A stretch of DNA of 64,000 nt from a virus: positions 52,951 to 116,950 of IMG/VR virus record IMGVR_UViG_3300023174_000082. One strand, 5' to 3'. The notes below the pieces were generated by a model, which was not told where the DNA came from, searched no databases, and saw only the letters and a list, made by a program, of their open reading frames with translations. Of this stretch, positions 39,294-49,616 are shown one piece after another; position 1 is the stretch's first letter, and every line of letters begins with the position of its first letter. The position numbers were made by a program, and so were the translations under genes.

Positions 39294-40370
39294 ATGACAC
39301 ACGTAATTACATTTGACTTTGGTGGTAAATTCAGTCCTGTTTCGTATCAAAAACTTTTGACTGATATTGCTACCGCGGCCAACACAAGTAAAGACGTTGT
39401 TGTGCTGGGCTGTAGAGAAGAAGATTGCAACCCTTCTGAAAATTACGTTCAAACGCTAGAACTACAAAAGTACATACATGATCTTGGCATGAAATTTTGT
39501 GTTCTGTTCAATCATTACACTCAGTACACCAATGAACACATGCCAGGTATTGATGTTGGCTATGTTGATTTCATGTTGTTGAAAACAATTTATCATGCAC
39601 CTGCTCCACTGCCCAGGCAAGGAAATCGCATTTTATTTTTGATGGGTAAACCCAACAGACTACACCGAGCCCCTCTGTTGTACAAATTTTATGAACACAA
39701 TCAACTTGATCGTCTAAGTTGGTCACTGTTTGTGCCCAAACCAATTGAAGATCAAGTGAGAAATCTGATTCCCACTGCAAGTAATCAACAATGGCAAGAT
39801 TTTTTAGCATTACAGCGCAGTCCAGATGGAGTGGTACCTTTACTAAGTGGCGACAGTATTCACATCTGTAATTATTTTTGTTATGATGCAACTGTATTTG
39901 CAGATGCCAACATGAGTTTGATCAGTGAAAGTATGTTTGAACAACACACTTTAACGTCGGCCCGTGCCACAGAAAAAACCTATAAAACAATCAACAATCG
40001 ACATCCTTTTGTGATTGCTGGTCCTGTAGGTACATTGGCAAGACTTCAATCGTTAGGATACAAAACTTTTGAAAATTATTTGCCTTGCCCGGACTATGAT
40101 CAAGAAATTGATGTTGACAAACGGCTAGAACAAATTTACAAAAACACTCTGGCATTGCATGAATTGGTTACAACTGATCCAAAAATTCTTGCAGATGATG
40201 TAGAACATAATTATACTGTGAATCAGCAACGTTACCAGCAAGAACTTGATTGTGTGTCTGCCATGCTAACAAAGTATGGCTATTGTGGATTGCCCATTGA
40301 TGTTCTTATGATGCATGATCAAATAGCACCAAATGCATTGACAGAGAAATTTATACAGATCAACAAATGA
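39294..40370 (+). CDS. Putative GT-B glycosyltransferase-like protein (GT10-like TEK motif)
   Basis: HR..L, SLISES, ATEKTYK...HPFVIAG...L..LGYKTF...YD. Paralog of 57282..58274. Confidence 0.5.
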   Translation: MTHVITFDFGGKFSPVSYQKLLTDIATAANTSKDVVVLGCREEDCNPSENYVQTLELQKYIHDLGMKFCVLFNHYTQYTNEHMPGIDVGYVDFMLLKTIYHAPAPLPRQGNRILFLMGKPNRLHRAPLLYKFYEHNQLDRLSWSLFVPKPIEDQVRNLIPTASNQQWQDFLALQRSPDGVVPLLSGDSIHICNYFCYDATVFADANMSLISESMFEQHTLTSARATEKTYKTINNRHPFVIAGPVGTLARLQSLGYKTFENYLPCPDYDQEIDVDKRLEQIYKNTLALHELVTTDPKILADDVEHNYTVNQQRYQQELDCVSAMLTKYGYCGLPIDVLMMHDQIAPNALTEKFIQINK

Positions 40371-41455
40371 CCAAATCTAATTTCATGTGCAAAGCACCTT
40401 GGGTTAGCGTAGCGTTCCAACCCAGTGGCCAAGCTGGGCCGTGCTGTGTTTATGAATTGAACTGTCTTAAACCAGTGGGTGATCCTATTGCGGATACATT
40501 TAAACAAGAACGTGCAGATTTTTTAACAGGCACTGTGCCACCAGGATGTAAAAAATGTCATTACAGTTTTTTGGAAACTGGGAAAAGCTATGCAAACACA
40601 TTTGATCAGTACTATACTGACTTTGACAAAGTTCACGTACAAGAAATAAATGTCAAATCAAACAACATTTGCAATTTGGCCTGCAGGAGTTGTGGACCGC
40701 ACTTTAGTTCCAAGTGGGAAGAAGAATTTGCTCCGTTGATAAAAATAACCAAAGACAACACAGTATCAGAAAAACTAAAGTTATTAAACATAACCAAACT
40801 CAGAAGGATAGTGATAGCCGGCGGCGAACCCACACTAACTCAAGAACATGTTGATTTATTGCAAACTCTAGTGGATATAGGGCACACCAATGTTGAAATA
40901 CGCATTTCAATTAATCTTACAAATTTAAAATACAAACAAACAGACTTGGTATCTTTGTGGAAAAAATTTCCCAACTTACTTTTACAACTCAGCATTGATG
41001 CTGTAGAAGACCGCGCCTCAAACATACGGTCCGGCACTGACTGGGAGTTAGTAAGCGCCAATCTCAAAACTGTCATTGACAGCGGAATATCATACTATGT
41101 CAATGTAACAGTAAGTGCATTGAACATTTGGTTTCTTGAAGAAACATTACTGCATTTGAAAAATACTTACAATATTAAAAACGTTAATTTTACACCGCTG
41201 ATTGGTCCAGAAGAACTAAGCATACAGGTAATTCCAGACCAATATCGGGCTCAGTTAGATCAAATGCTTACTCGTTGTGAAAACATGGGCTACACCCTTA
41301 AACAAGTTAAAGCATTTTTTCATAGCAATCACAGACCAGATTTGTGGACAAAATTTTTAATATACAACCTCATGTTAGATCAAACAAGGAACGAAAGTTT
41401 TTTTAAAACTTTGCCTATAAAAAACGATCTAATAAGTCAGTGGCTTGCCCTTTAA
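40367..41455 (+). CDS. Radical SAM enzyme with N-terminal twitch/SPASM domain
   Basis: C.APW...PCC...C..C, then CNLACRSC...SSKW, GGEP and SID...IR.GTDW. Confidence 0.9.
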   Translation: MTKSNFMCKAPWVSVAFQPSGQAGPCCVYELNCLKPVGDPIADTFKQERADFLTGTVPPGCKKCHYSFLETGKSYANTFDQYYTDFDKVHVQEINVKSNNICNLACRSCGPHFSSKWEEEFAPLIKITKDNTVSEKLKLLNITKLRRIVIAGGEPTLTQEHVDLLQTLVDIGHTNVEIRISINLTNLKYKQTDLVSLWKKFPNLLLQLSIDAVEDRASNIRSGTDWELVSANLKTVIDSGISYYVNVTVSALNIWFLEETLLHLKNTYNIKNVNFTPLIGPEELSIQVIPDQYRAQLDQMLTRCENMGYTLKQVKAFFHSNHRPDLWTKFLIYNLMLDQTRNESFFKTLPIKNDLISQWLAL

Positions 41456-41467
41456 CAGGAAAAATAT

Positions 41468-42118
41468 ATGATCATTGGTATATGTGGATTCATTGGGTCT
41501 GGTAAAGACACCATTGCTGATTATTTGGTAAATTTACATCACTTTCGTAGAGAAAGTTTTGCAAGTACTTTGAAAGATGCTGTGGCTCAAGTGTTTGGAT
41601 GGGACAGAACCTTGTTAGAAGGACGTACAAAACAAGCCCGAGAATGGCGCGAGCGTGTGGATCCATGGTGGGCAGATCGCCTGGGTATGCCCACACTAAC
41701 ACCACGCTGGATCTTGCAATACTGGGGTACAGAAGTATGCAGAGCAGGATTTCACGATGACATTTGGATTGCCAGCTTGGAAAACAAACTGCGCCACAGC
41801 CAGGATGATGTTGTGATTTCAGACTGCCGTTTTCCCAACGAAATTCTAGCCATTAAGAACGCTGGCGGACGTGTGATTCGTGTAGTGCGCGGACCCGAGC
41901 CTGCTTGGTACAATGCGGCTGTAAGTGTTAATCGTGGTGCCAATGGCAATTCAACATGGGCATTGAGTCGAAATAAGTTAGAAAAACTTAAAATTCATGC
42001 AAGCGAAACTGCATGGGTAGGCACTGATTTTGATGCTGTGTTAGACAATAACGGTACACTGGATGACCTGTATCAGCAGGTCAAGAGTCTGGTTCAAGAT
42101 CCCCAGGCTTCCATGTAG
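41468..42118 (+). CDS. gp1: Deoxynucleoside monophosphate kinase
   Basis: IIGICGFIGSGKDT, FA..LK, PR..LQ..GTE, SDCRFPNE and HASE. Confidence 0.92.
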   Translation: MIIGICGFIGSGKDTIADYLVNLHHFRRESFASTLKDAVAQVFGWDRTLLEGRTKQAREWRERVDPWWADRLGMPTLTPRWILQYWGTEVCRAGFHDDIWIASLENKLRHSQDDVVISDCRFPNEILAIKNAGGRVIRVVRGPEPAWYNAAVSVNRGANGNSTWALSRNKLEKLKIHASETAWVGTDFDAVLDNNGTLDDLYQQVKSLVQDPQASM

Positions 42119-42425
42119 AATCTGTACGTTTTAAATCTGCCACACAATTCAAACACACAGTCTTTAGATTACGAAGCTCACAGTTATTGAGGTTACTATC
42201 CACATGGTATACCAACAACTGACTGTGATGTCTGGCCTTAAACCCACATCGATCACATGTGGGTTTTTTCTTATATCCACTTGATTGCCAGCGCGGCACT
42301 GGTGCTTTGATTTTGCGATTTTTCTTTATGCAAGTTTCGCAACGACTGCGATAGTATATCTTGCCATCTCTATAACAGTTTACAGCTCGAGGCCGTTGAT
42401 TACATGCCGGACATACAGGTCTCAT
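42081..42425 (-). CDS. HNH-like endonuclease / zinc-finger protein
   Basis: CPAC, C..C, CDRCG...YHVDSNLNN...NL..VCLNC. TAAATA 4 nt upstream of the ATG. Confidence 0.7.
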   Translation of the reverse strand: MRPVCPACNQRPRAVNCYRDGKIYYRSRCETCIKKNRKIKAPVPRWQSSGYKKKPTCDRCGFKARHHSQLLVYHVDSNLNNCELRNLKTVCLNCVADLKRTDSTWKPGDLEPDS

Positions 42426-42520
42426 GTGGTATTTATGCTCAAACCTTACGGTAAGGGCAGTCTACGACACCGTTTTTTGAATATACCCATAAATATCTAC
42501 AACTTGAAAAGGAACCCACC

Positions 42521-45500
42521 ATGGCTCTAGTATCCCCAGGCGTAGAAGTAACAGTAATTGACGAAAGTCAATATATCCCTTCAGCCGTTAACACCGTACC
42601 GTATTTTCTCATTGCCACTGCACAAAACAAAGTGTCCGGCGATGGAGTAACTGTTGCTGCTGGCACAACTGCTGCCAACGCCAACAAGACTTATTTAATC
42701 ACCAGTCAACGAGATTTGGTGGCCACTTTTGGTGTGCCATTCTTTTATTCTACCACAACTGGAACTCCTATCAACGGTTACGAACTCAACGAATATGGCT
42801 TGCTTGCCGCTTATTCAGCACTAGGCGTCACAAATCGTGCCTACATACAACGTTGCGACATTGACTTAACTGAACTTACTGCTAGTTTGACTCGTCCAGT
42901 GGGCGAACCAGCTGACGGTACCTACTGGTTGGATACATCAACTTCAGTTTGGGGCATCCAAGAGTGGAATGAAACCACCAATGTTTTCACTGTTAATGCA
43001 CCAATTCAAATTATCAGCACAGATGACGTTGTTGATGCCGCAGGCGGAGACTATGCACCGTTGCCATCAATTGGCAGCGTTGGTGACTATGCAGTGATTG
43101 CATTTGCACAGTTTATACCTGGTTACTATAAAAATAGTCTTAATCTTTGGGTGCAAATTGGAACTGACGAGTGGAAAACTTCCTGGGCAACAGTGTCAGG
43201 CACAGCAAGTCCTGCCACACTAACTGTTGGTGCGCAAATGTACATTAATGACACTTTGATCACAGTTGGTGCTACCAATACTGTTGCTGGACTTGCAACA
43301 GTTATTAACGCTGCAAGCATAACTGGTGTAACAGCAGCCGCAGTAAGTGGTAAGTTACAAATTTATGCGGATTCTACTGCTACCAATGACGGATCTACTG
43401 GCTCAGGTGGTATTGTGTCAATTGAAGCTGGTCCAACCAGCGGAGTAGCATTATTGGCAGCATTAGGCATTGATGCTCAAGATTATTACGCACCCACATA
43501 CTTTGTGGGCTATAGTTATCAATCTCCACGTTGGAGAACCACTGATACAACTCCGCGTCCAACTGGATCCGTATGGAACAACATCAGCTCAGCCAACAAT
43601 GGCATGAGTCTGAAAGTGCAAAAATACAGCACAACGTTGGCAACCTGGGTAAGTCAAGTCAGTAACGTTTATGAGTCTGACCGAGCTGCTAACTATGCAT
43701 TAGATCCATCAGGTGGCGGCAAAAATATTCCAGTGGGAAGCACTTATGTGCTTACTCAAGCTGTAGCTTCTGCTTCAGGATTCCCTCAATTTAACTTTGA
43801 AATTTTTGAAAGAATTGCACTTGGTGCCACTGTTGTTACAGGCAGCACCACACCAACATCATTCACTGTTGGCAATGCGTTTGTAATAGCTGGAACTGAA
43901 GCTGGTAGTTCTACTACTACCAACACAGGAACTGCAACCATTGGTGGTACTGGAACTGTAGCTGATTTTGTTGCAGCGGTTAGTGCTGCCAATGTACCTT
44001 ATGTATCTGCCAGTGTTAATTCTGCTGGTAACATTGTGTTTACACACAGTCAAGGCGGCAGCATAGCATTGTCAAACACAGTTGGGTCTCCAGTGATTGC
44101 AGCTGGATTTACCGCAGCCACACCAAAATGTCGTGTAAACAAAACAAACGTGGCTTTCTTGGACATGAGCAACTGGGTCACAGCTGATTTGTTTACCTAT
44201 ACAGCCAGCGACACAGCGCCAGACGTTGATCCAGATGACGGACGTTTGTGGTACTACAGCACTCCAAGTCAAGTTGATATCATGATTCAAAACAATGGTG
44301 AGTGGGCTGGATATCAAAACGTTACCAATGATGTTCGTGGCTACGACTTGTCAAACACCAATGCAAGCGGTCCTATTGTGGCTGCCACTGCACCAACAAC
44401 ACAAAATGATGCTGCTGAGTCACCGTTGGAATATGGCGATTTATGGATTGACTCAAGCGATCTTGAAAACTATCCAATGATTTATCGTTGGGAATCAGTA
44501 AACAACGTTGATCAGTGGGTATCAGTTGACACTACTGACCAAGTAACAGAAAATGGTATATACTTTGCCGATGCTCGTTGGGCCACAAATGGCACTACAG
44601 ATCCCATAAGCGATCCGTTCCCAACCATTGAATCATTGTTGCAATCTAACTATTTAGACTTGGATGCTCCAGATCCAGCACTGTATCCACAAGGCATGTT
44701 GTTGTGGAACACTCGTCGATCAGGTTATAATGTCAAGAGCTACCAAAGCGACTACTTTAATGCTACAGACTTCCCTGATGACACATTGCCTTCTGTAAAG
44801 AGCACCTGGTTAACAGCCAGTGGCAACAAAGACACTGGTGCAATGTGGGCTGGACGTCAAGCACAACGCAAGATGGTTGTGGCTGCAATGAAGTCAGGTA
44901 TTGATACCAGTGCTGCTGCAAGAGAAGAACAGAATGGATTCAACTTGATTGCTGCTACAGCATATCCTGAGTTGACACCAAACATGATTGCACTCAGCAA
45001 CGAGCGCAACAACACATTGTTTGTGGTTGGTGATACTCCAATGCGTCTTGGACCAGATGGCAACAGTTTGGTTAGCTGGGCTACCAACAATCTTGGACTT
45101 GGATTAGATACCGAAGATGGGTTGACATCAACCAGCAACTATGCCGCTAACTTCTACCCAAGCTGCCAGACTAGCGACCTCAGCGGAAACACTGTGGTTA
45201 GTGCGCCAAGTCACATGATGATGCGTACAATTCTTCGCAGTGATGCTGTGAGCTATCCATGGTTGGCACCGGCAGGTACACGCCGTGGTGTTGTTGACAA
45301 TGCTGTGGCCATTGGTTATATCAATGCCGCAACTGGTGAATTTGAACAACTCAGCGTTGGACAAGCTGTACGTGACATCCTGTATGAGCGTAACATCAAC
45401 CCAATCACCTTTATTCCAGGTGTGGGTATTACCAACTTTGGTAACAAGACTTCGACCACTGTTACTACAGCATTGGATCGTATCAACGTTGCACGACTGG

Positions 45501-45796
45501 TATGTTTCTTGCGTGGACGTCTTGAAGAAATTGGTAAACTGTATTTGTTTGAGCCTAATGACGAAATCACACGCAATGAAATCACCAACACTTGCAACAG
45601 TTTGATGATTGACTTGATTGCTAAACGTGCGATCTATGACTACTTGGTGGTGTGCGACTTGAGTAACAACACTCCTGCTCGTATTGATCGCAATGAGTTG
45701 TGGGTTGATATTGCCATAGAACCAGTGAAAGCAGTGGAGTTTATCTACATTCCATTGCGTATTAAGAACACTGGTGAAATCGCTGCTGGAGGCTAA
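42521..45796 (+). CDS. gp18: Tail sheath protein with large insertion domains
   Basis: LVSPGVEVTVIDES, PWLAPAG.RRG, LY...INPI, LDRINVARL, FEPND and P.KAVEFIYI. TAAATA at 42490. Confidence 0.95.
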   Translation: MALVSPGVEVTVIDESQYIPSAVNTVPYFLIATAQNKVSGDGVTVAAGTTAANANKTYLITSQRDLVATFGVPFFYSTTTGTPINGYELNEYGLLAAYSALGVTNRAYIQRCDIDLTELTASLTRPVGEPADGTYWLDTSTSVWGIQEWNETTNVFTVNAPIQIISTDDVVDAAGGDYAPLPSIGSVGDYAVIAFAQFIPGYYKNSLNLWVQIGTDEWKTSWATVSGTASPATLTVGAQMYINDTLITVGATNTVAGLATVINAASITGVTAAAVSGKLQIYADSTATNDGSTGSGGIVSIEAGPTSGVALLAALGIDAQDYYAPTYFVGYSYQSPRWRTTDTTPRPTGSVWNNISSANNGMSLKVQKYSTTLATWVSQVSNVYESDRAANYALDPSGGGKNIPVGSTYVLTQAVASASGFPQFNFEIFERIALGATVVTGSTTPTSFTVGNAFVIAGTEAGSSTTTNTGTATIGGTGTVADFVAAVSAANVPYVSASVNSAGNIVFTHSQGGSIALSNTVGSPVIAAGFTAATPKCRVNKTNVAFLDMSNWVTADLFTYTASDTAPDVDPDDGRLWYYSTPSQVDIMIQNNGEWAGYQNVTNDVRGYDLSNTNASGPIVAATAPTTQNDAAESPLEYGDLWIDSSDLENYPMIYRWESVNNVDQWVSVDTTDQVTENGIYFADARWATNGTTDPISDPFPTIESLLQSNYLDLDAPDPALYPQGMLLWNTRRSGYNVKSYQSDYFNATDFPDDTLPSVKSTWLTASGNKDTGAMWAGRQAQRKMVVAAMKSGIDTSAAAREEQNGFNLIAATAYPELTPNMIALSNERNNTLFVVGDTPMRLGPDGNSLVSWATNNLGLGLDTEDGLTSTSNYAANFYPSCQTSDLSGNTVVSAPSHMMMRTILRSDAVSYPWLAPAGTRRGVVDNAVAIGYINAATGEFEQLSVGQAVRDILYERNINPITFIPGVGITNFGNKTSTTVTTALDRINVARLVCFLRGRLEEIGKLYLFEPNDEITRNEITNTCNSLMIDLIAKRAIYDYLVVCDLSNNTPARIDRNELWVDIAIEPVKAVEFIYIPLRIKNTGEIAAGG

Positions 45797-45803
45797 ACCA
45801 AAT

Positions 45804-45841
45804 TGGGGGCGGTTTTAATCCGCCTCCATTCCAGGTAAATA
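45804..45841 (+). promoter_or_regulatory. GC hairpin followed by late promoter
   Basis: TGGGGGCGG-TTTTAAT-CCGCCTCCA after the sheath stop, without a long U-tract. TAAATA at 45836-41. Confidence 0.55.
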
Positions 45842-45863
45842 ACAATATAGGAGATTACTACAA

Positions 45864-46496
45864 ATGGCAGTTTCATCACTACAGAGAATGACAGTACCAC
45901 TGGCAAGCGACCAAAGCTCGAACAGTCAGGGTCTGTTGATGCCCAAACTCAAATATCGCTTTAGAGTGTTTTTTGAGAATTTTGGTGTTTCAAAACCAAC
46001 TACAGAACTTACAAAGCAAGTGGTCAGCGCCACACGTCCAAACGTAACTTTTGAAGAAATTACAGTTCCAATTTACAACTCAACATTGAAACTGGCTGGC
46101 AAGCACACTTGGGCTGATATCACAATTTCAATGCGTGACGATGCATCAGGACAAATTTCACGTTTGATTGGCGAGCAACTTCAGAAACAAATGGACTTCT
46201 TGGAAATGGCTTCTGCTGCTTCTGGTATTGACTACAAGTTCTTGACAAAGATTCAAGTGCTAGACGGCGGCAACGGCGCAACAGAACTCAACGTTCTTGA
46301 AACATGGGAGTTGTATGGTTGCTACCTTAAGGGTGCCAACTACGGTGACTTGAACTATGGCACCAACGAAGCAGCCACAATTGAATTGAGCATTGCTTAC
46401 GATAACGCCAACCAGACACCTGAAGGCTCAGGCGTTGGCAGCCCAATTGGACGCACAATTAACGATGTTATAACCGGCGCTGGTCAAGGCGCATAA
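45864..46496 (+). CDS. gp19: Tail tube protein
   Basis: PKLKYRFRV, AGK.TW..I.I..RDD, W.LYGC......G.L.Y and I.YD. Follows sheath; SD AGGAG. Confidence 0.9.
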   Translation: MAVSSLQRMTVPLASDQSSNSQGLLMPKLKYRFRVFFENFGVSKPTTELTKQVVSATRPNVTFEEITVPIYNSTLKLAGKHTWADITISMRDDASGQISRLIGEQLQKQMDFLEMASAASGIDYKFLTKIQVLDGGNGATELNVLETWELYGCYLKGANYGDLNYGTNEAATIELSIAYDNANQTPEGSGVGSPIGRTINDVITGAGQGA

Positions 46497-46505
46497 GGAT
46501 AACGT

Positions 46506-47690
46506 ATGGCCAACGGTGGCGGCCCTTTTGGCATTGGTAATGAAATCCTTCAAGGATTTATTGGCAACAATACCTTGCGTGACTACACTCACGCAAGTAG
46601 AACCTTTACCACAAACAGTTACGAACTTAAACCTCGGTTTAAGTTCTTGTTCCACGTTAGTTTTACCATCAACACAGATGCTATTCCTTATTTGAGATCA
46701 GCAGGCGTATTTGGAAATCAAGAGCGCACTGATCTCAGTCTCTTGGTCAAAACAGCCGAACTGCCAAAATACAAAATGGCCACTGAGACGCTGAATCAAT
46801 ACAATCGCAAAAGAATAATTCAAACCAAAATTGATTACCAGCCAGTGACTCTCACCTTTCATGACGATGGTGGAGACAATGCTCGCAAGTTGTGGTACTA
46901 TTACTATTCCTACTACTACAAAGATCCAACTCAACAGTATTTGGCCGCATCTGCTACCAACGGCAACAATGGTACAGTAAACAATCAAACCACTGGATCA
47001 AGTCTTAACACCAGAGACATCTATTCTGATACCATTCAAAATCGCAACGGCTGGGGATATTCAGGTGAAAGCTGGCTGGATGGCACTGGTCAAGGCACCG
47101 GCGGCGGCAAGCCTCCTTTCTTTAGAGATATTCGAATCTACGGCTTGGATCAGCGCAAATTTGCCGAGTATGTGTTAATCAACCCTGTAATATCAAACTG
47201 GAATCATGATACCTATAACTACACTGAAGGTGGTGGCATCATGGAAAATACCATGACTATTGACTACGAAACTGTAAAATACTATGATGGCGCAGTTGGT
47301 AGCAGTAGACCAGACGTTAACGTACAAGGATTTGCTGATCGCAGTCACTATGACACCACAGTCAGTCCAATTGCTCGCCCTGGCGGCAATCGTACAATTT
47401 TTGGTCAAGGTGGCTTGTTGAATGCAGGCACCGGTATCATTGATGATTTGCAAAAAGGCACAGTGGGTGGATTAATCGGAGCAGCACAAAAAGCCATGCG
47501 TACATATCAAACTTTTGGCGGCAACAAAGGCCCTGGCCTGGCATCAGTAGTAAAAAGCGAAGCCACTGCACTTGGAACTCAATTGTTGTTGGGCGGAGTG
47601 GCAGATGCCACACGAGCAGTGATGAACCGCCCTACTGGTGTGTTTATTCCTACTCCAAAAACATCTCCGACAACTCCTAATGGAACATAA
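46506..47690 (+). CDS. Tube-fold baseplate / tail-tube initiator (gp48/gp54-like)
   Basis: PRFKFLFHV, LVKTAELP, Y.PVTLTFHDD and MTIDYE, a second tube-like domain. Confidence 0.65.
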   Translation: MANGGGPFGIGNEILQGFIGNNTLRDYTHASRTFTTNSYELKPRFKFLFHVSFTINTDAIPYLRSAGVFGNQERTDLSLLVKTAELPKYKMATETLNQYNRKRIIQTKIDYQPVTLTFHDDGGDNARKLWYYYYSYYYKDPTQQYLAASATNGNNGTVNNQTTGSSLNTRDIYSDTIQNRNGWGYSGESWLDGTGQGTGGGKPPFFRDIRIYGLDQRKFAEYVLINPVISNWNHDTYNYTEGGGIMENTMTIDYETVKYYDGAVGSSRPDVNVQGFADRSHYDTTVSPIARPGGNRTIFGQGGLLNAGTGIIDDLQKGTVGGLIGAAQKAMRTYQTFGGNKGPGLASVVKSEATALGTQLLLGGVADATRAVMNRPTGVFIPTPKTSPTTPNGT

Positions 47691-47693
47691 CAC

Positions 47694-48053
47694 ATGAGCA
47701 CAATAAACGCTGTTAACCCTAACATTGATGCAACTGTAAGAGTTTTTGATAACTTTTACAAATTTGAAGTCAACGTGCCAGCTGCTGAATATGATGTGGT
47801 CTACAGCTATTTCTTAAAAGAAATGGGCAACAAAAATGCAGCTGGAAATTTTACATCAAGTTTGTTTCAAGTTGCTTCAAGTACTAATATTCCGGCCTTG
47901 ACATTGCTAAAAGAGTTTCAAGGCACCAATGGAATAAATCTAAATGCCAGCTTGGCCTACTACCTCAATCAAATACGCAGCCGTGCCACACTGCTGGGTG
48001 TGGGTGTGGCGGTGGTACCAAACGCATACGTGGCCAGAAACGTATTGCAATGA
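47694..48053 (+). CDS. Hypothetical protein
   Basis: 119 aa, coupled within the tail operon. Confidence 0.7.
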   Translation: MSTINAVNPNIDATVRVFDNFYKFEVNVPAAEYDVVYSYFLKEMGNKNAAGNFTSSLFQVASSTNIPALTLLKEFQGTNGINLNASLAYYLNQIRSRATLLGVGVAVVPNAYVARNVLQ

Positions 48054-48481
48054 GTCGCTGGGCCCAAGGTCAATACGTAGTTCAAAATCCTGCCAAATAC
48101 GTGGGCAAGGGTACACCTAGATTTCGTTCTGGATGGGAACACAGCTTTATGAGATTTTGCGACAGCAACGATCACATATTGCAATGGGCCAGCGAAAGCA
48201 TAGCCATACCATATCGCCATCCGCTCACAGGCAAAATGACCCAATACATACCTGATTTTCTGATTACCTATCGCAATAGAGACAACACTGTGCGAGCAGA
48301 GTTGATTGAAATCAAGCCCAAAAAGCAAAGTGTAGTAGAATCAAAAATGAGCAGTAGAGATCGAGCAGTGGTAGCAATCAACTATGCCAAATGGGACGCT
48401 GCAACCAAATGGGCCAGACGCAATGGTATGACATTTCGCGTTATCACTGAAAATGACATGTTTCATAACGGTCGTCCGTAA
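48050..48481 (+). CDS. gp4: Head completion nuclease (TnsA-like PD-(D/E)xK)
   Basis: NP.KY.G, RS.WE..FM..CD, W.SE, Y.PDF, IEIKP, N.AKW.AA and F.VITE. Confidence 0.9.
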   Translation: MSRWAQGQYVVQNPAKYVGKGTPRFRSGWEHSFMRFCDSNDHILQWASESIAIPYRHPLTGKMTQYIPDFLITYRNRDNTVRAELIEIKPKKQSVVESKMSSRDRAVVAINYAKWDAATKWARRNGMTFRVITENDMFHNGRP

Positions 48482-48496
48482 GTCCATAAATATGGC

Positions 48497-48982
48497 ATGA
48501 CACGAAAACTAGAAGAACTCTTCGATTTACCCCTCTCTGACAAAGAAATAGACTTGGCTGTTCCTGCCTTAGAGGAAAATCGCAACACCATTGTTGCGTT
48601 AGATCAAGCCATTGACAAAATAGATGCTGCCTTGCCGGCTGTGCGAGGCTTGGAATCTACTGATCAAGAAATGGACGAGCTTGCTGGACTAGCCACTTCC
48701 AGTTACCGAGACCTAATGGATCTTGGCATGCAGGTAGACAGTCGATTTGCCAGCGAAATATTTGGTGTGGCATCAAACATGCTGGGGCATGCAATCACAG
48801 CCAAAACTGCCAAGCTGGACAAAAAACTCAAGATGATCGATTTGCAAATGAAAAAAGCACGACTAGATCAGCAACAACCTGAAGAAAAACAGCCACAGCA
48901 AGGCCAAGGTCATGTGCTCAGTCGCAATGAGTTGTTGGACAGAATTATTGGTGCCAAGAACCAAAAAGCACAAAATGAATAA
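48497..48982 (+). CDS. gp16: Terminase small subunit-like
   Basis: KLEELFDL, LMDLG..V..R....IF.VA and SRNELL helical pattern. TAAATA 4 nt before the ATG. Confidence 0.65.
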   Translation: MTRKLEELFDLPLSDKEIDLAVPALEENRNTIVALDQAIDKIDAALPAVRGLESTDQEMDELAGLATSSYRDLMDLGMQVDSRFASEIFGVASNMLGHAITAKTAKLDKKLKMIDLQMKKARLDQQQPEEKQPQQGQGHVLSRNELLDRIIGAKNQKAQNE

Positions 48983-49002
48983 ATATATCACAGGAACCTG
49001 AC

Positions 49003-49611
49003 ATGAAACCATTTGCCAAATATCTAGCAGAAAGCGAACGCACATACGACTATCGTATCAAAATGTGCGGGCGCATTCCAGACGATCTTGTGCGTCAACT
49101 CAAATCAAAACTGGATCAATTTGATCCAACCAAATTGGGCGACGTCAAGACCACTCCTATTCAAAAGATCCTCACAGACTTTCCAAACAATCAGAATGAC
49201 GCTGTGACAATGTTTGATGTGAGTTTCAAGTATCCTGCTATTGAGCCGCAGATCAAACAACTGTTTCAAATGCTAGGCGGCGACCCTAATCTTATTGTGA
49301 TGCAGACTCAAGCTCACGTTGATGGCCTGGTTGATGAAGCAGACAAGATTGAAGCTGAAAACAAAAACTTGTTGGCTGATACAGACTATCCAGCACCTGA
49401 TGCTGCTCAGCGAGCACTTAGCAAAGACTACTCAACTGGTCCATACGATCATGCTGTGTTGAAAAATGCTTACCGCAGTGATTTTACTATTGCAGGTGGC
49501 AAAACACCACCTGCTAAAACCACTAACCAACTTCCCCAGGGCAACAAAAGCCCTATGACCAATATCAAACGTCAACCCAAGCCTGCAACCGGCGCCAACC
49601 CAAGAGGATAA
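49003..49611 (+). CDS. Putative internal head protein
   Basis: N-terminus MKPFAKYLAE resembles the T4 capsid-targeting sequence. TAAATA at 48980. Confidence 0.6.
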   Translation: MKPFAKYLAESERTYDYRIKMCGRIPDDLVRQLKSKLDQFDPTKLGDVKTTPIQKILTDFPNNQNDAVTMFDVSFKYPAIEPQIKQLFQMLGGDPNLIVMQTQAHVDGLVDEADKIEAENKNLLADTDYPAPDAAQRALSKDYSTGPYDHAVLKNAYRSDFTIAGGKTPPAKTTNQLPQGNKSPMTNIKRQPKPATGANPRG

Positions 49612-49616
49612 TCAAA

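Noticed and set aside
42444-42456. Palindrome CCTTACGGTAAGG between the HNH and sheath promoters
   Set aside because: Single 6-bp arm occurrence; could be an operator but no second copy was found to support it.
48050-48481. TnsA-like nuclease as a Tn7 transposon
   Set aside because: It matches T4 gp4 head completion protein in motif and context; no tnsB/C or terminal repeats.
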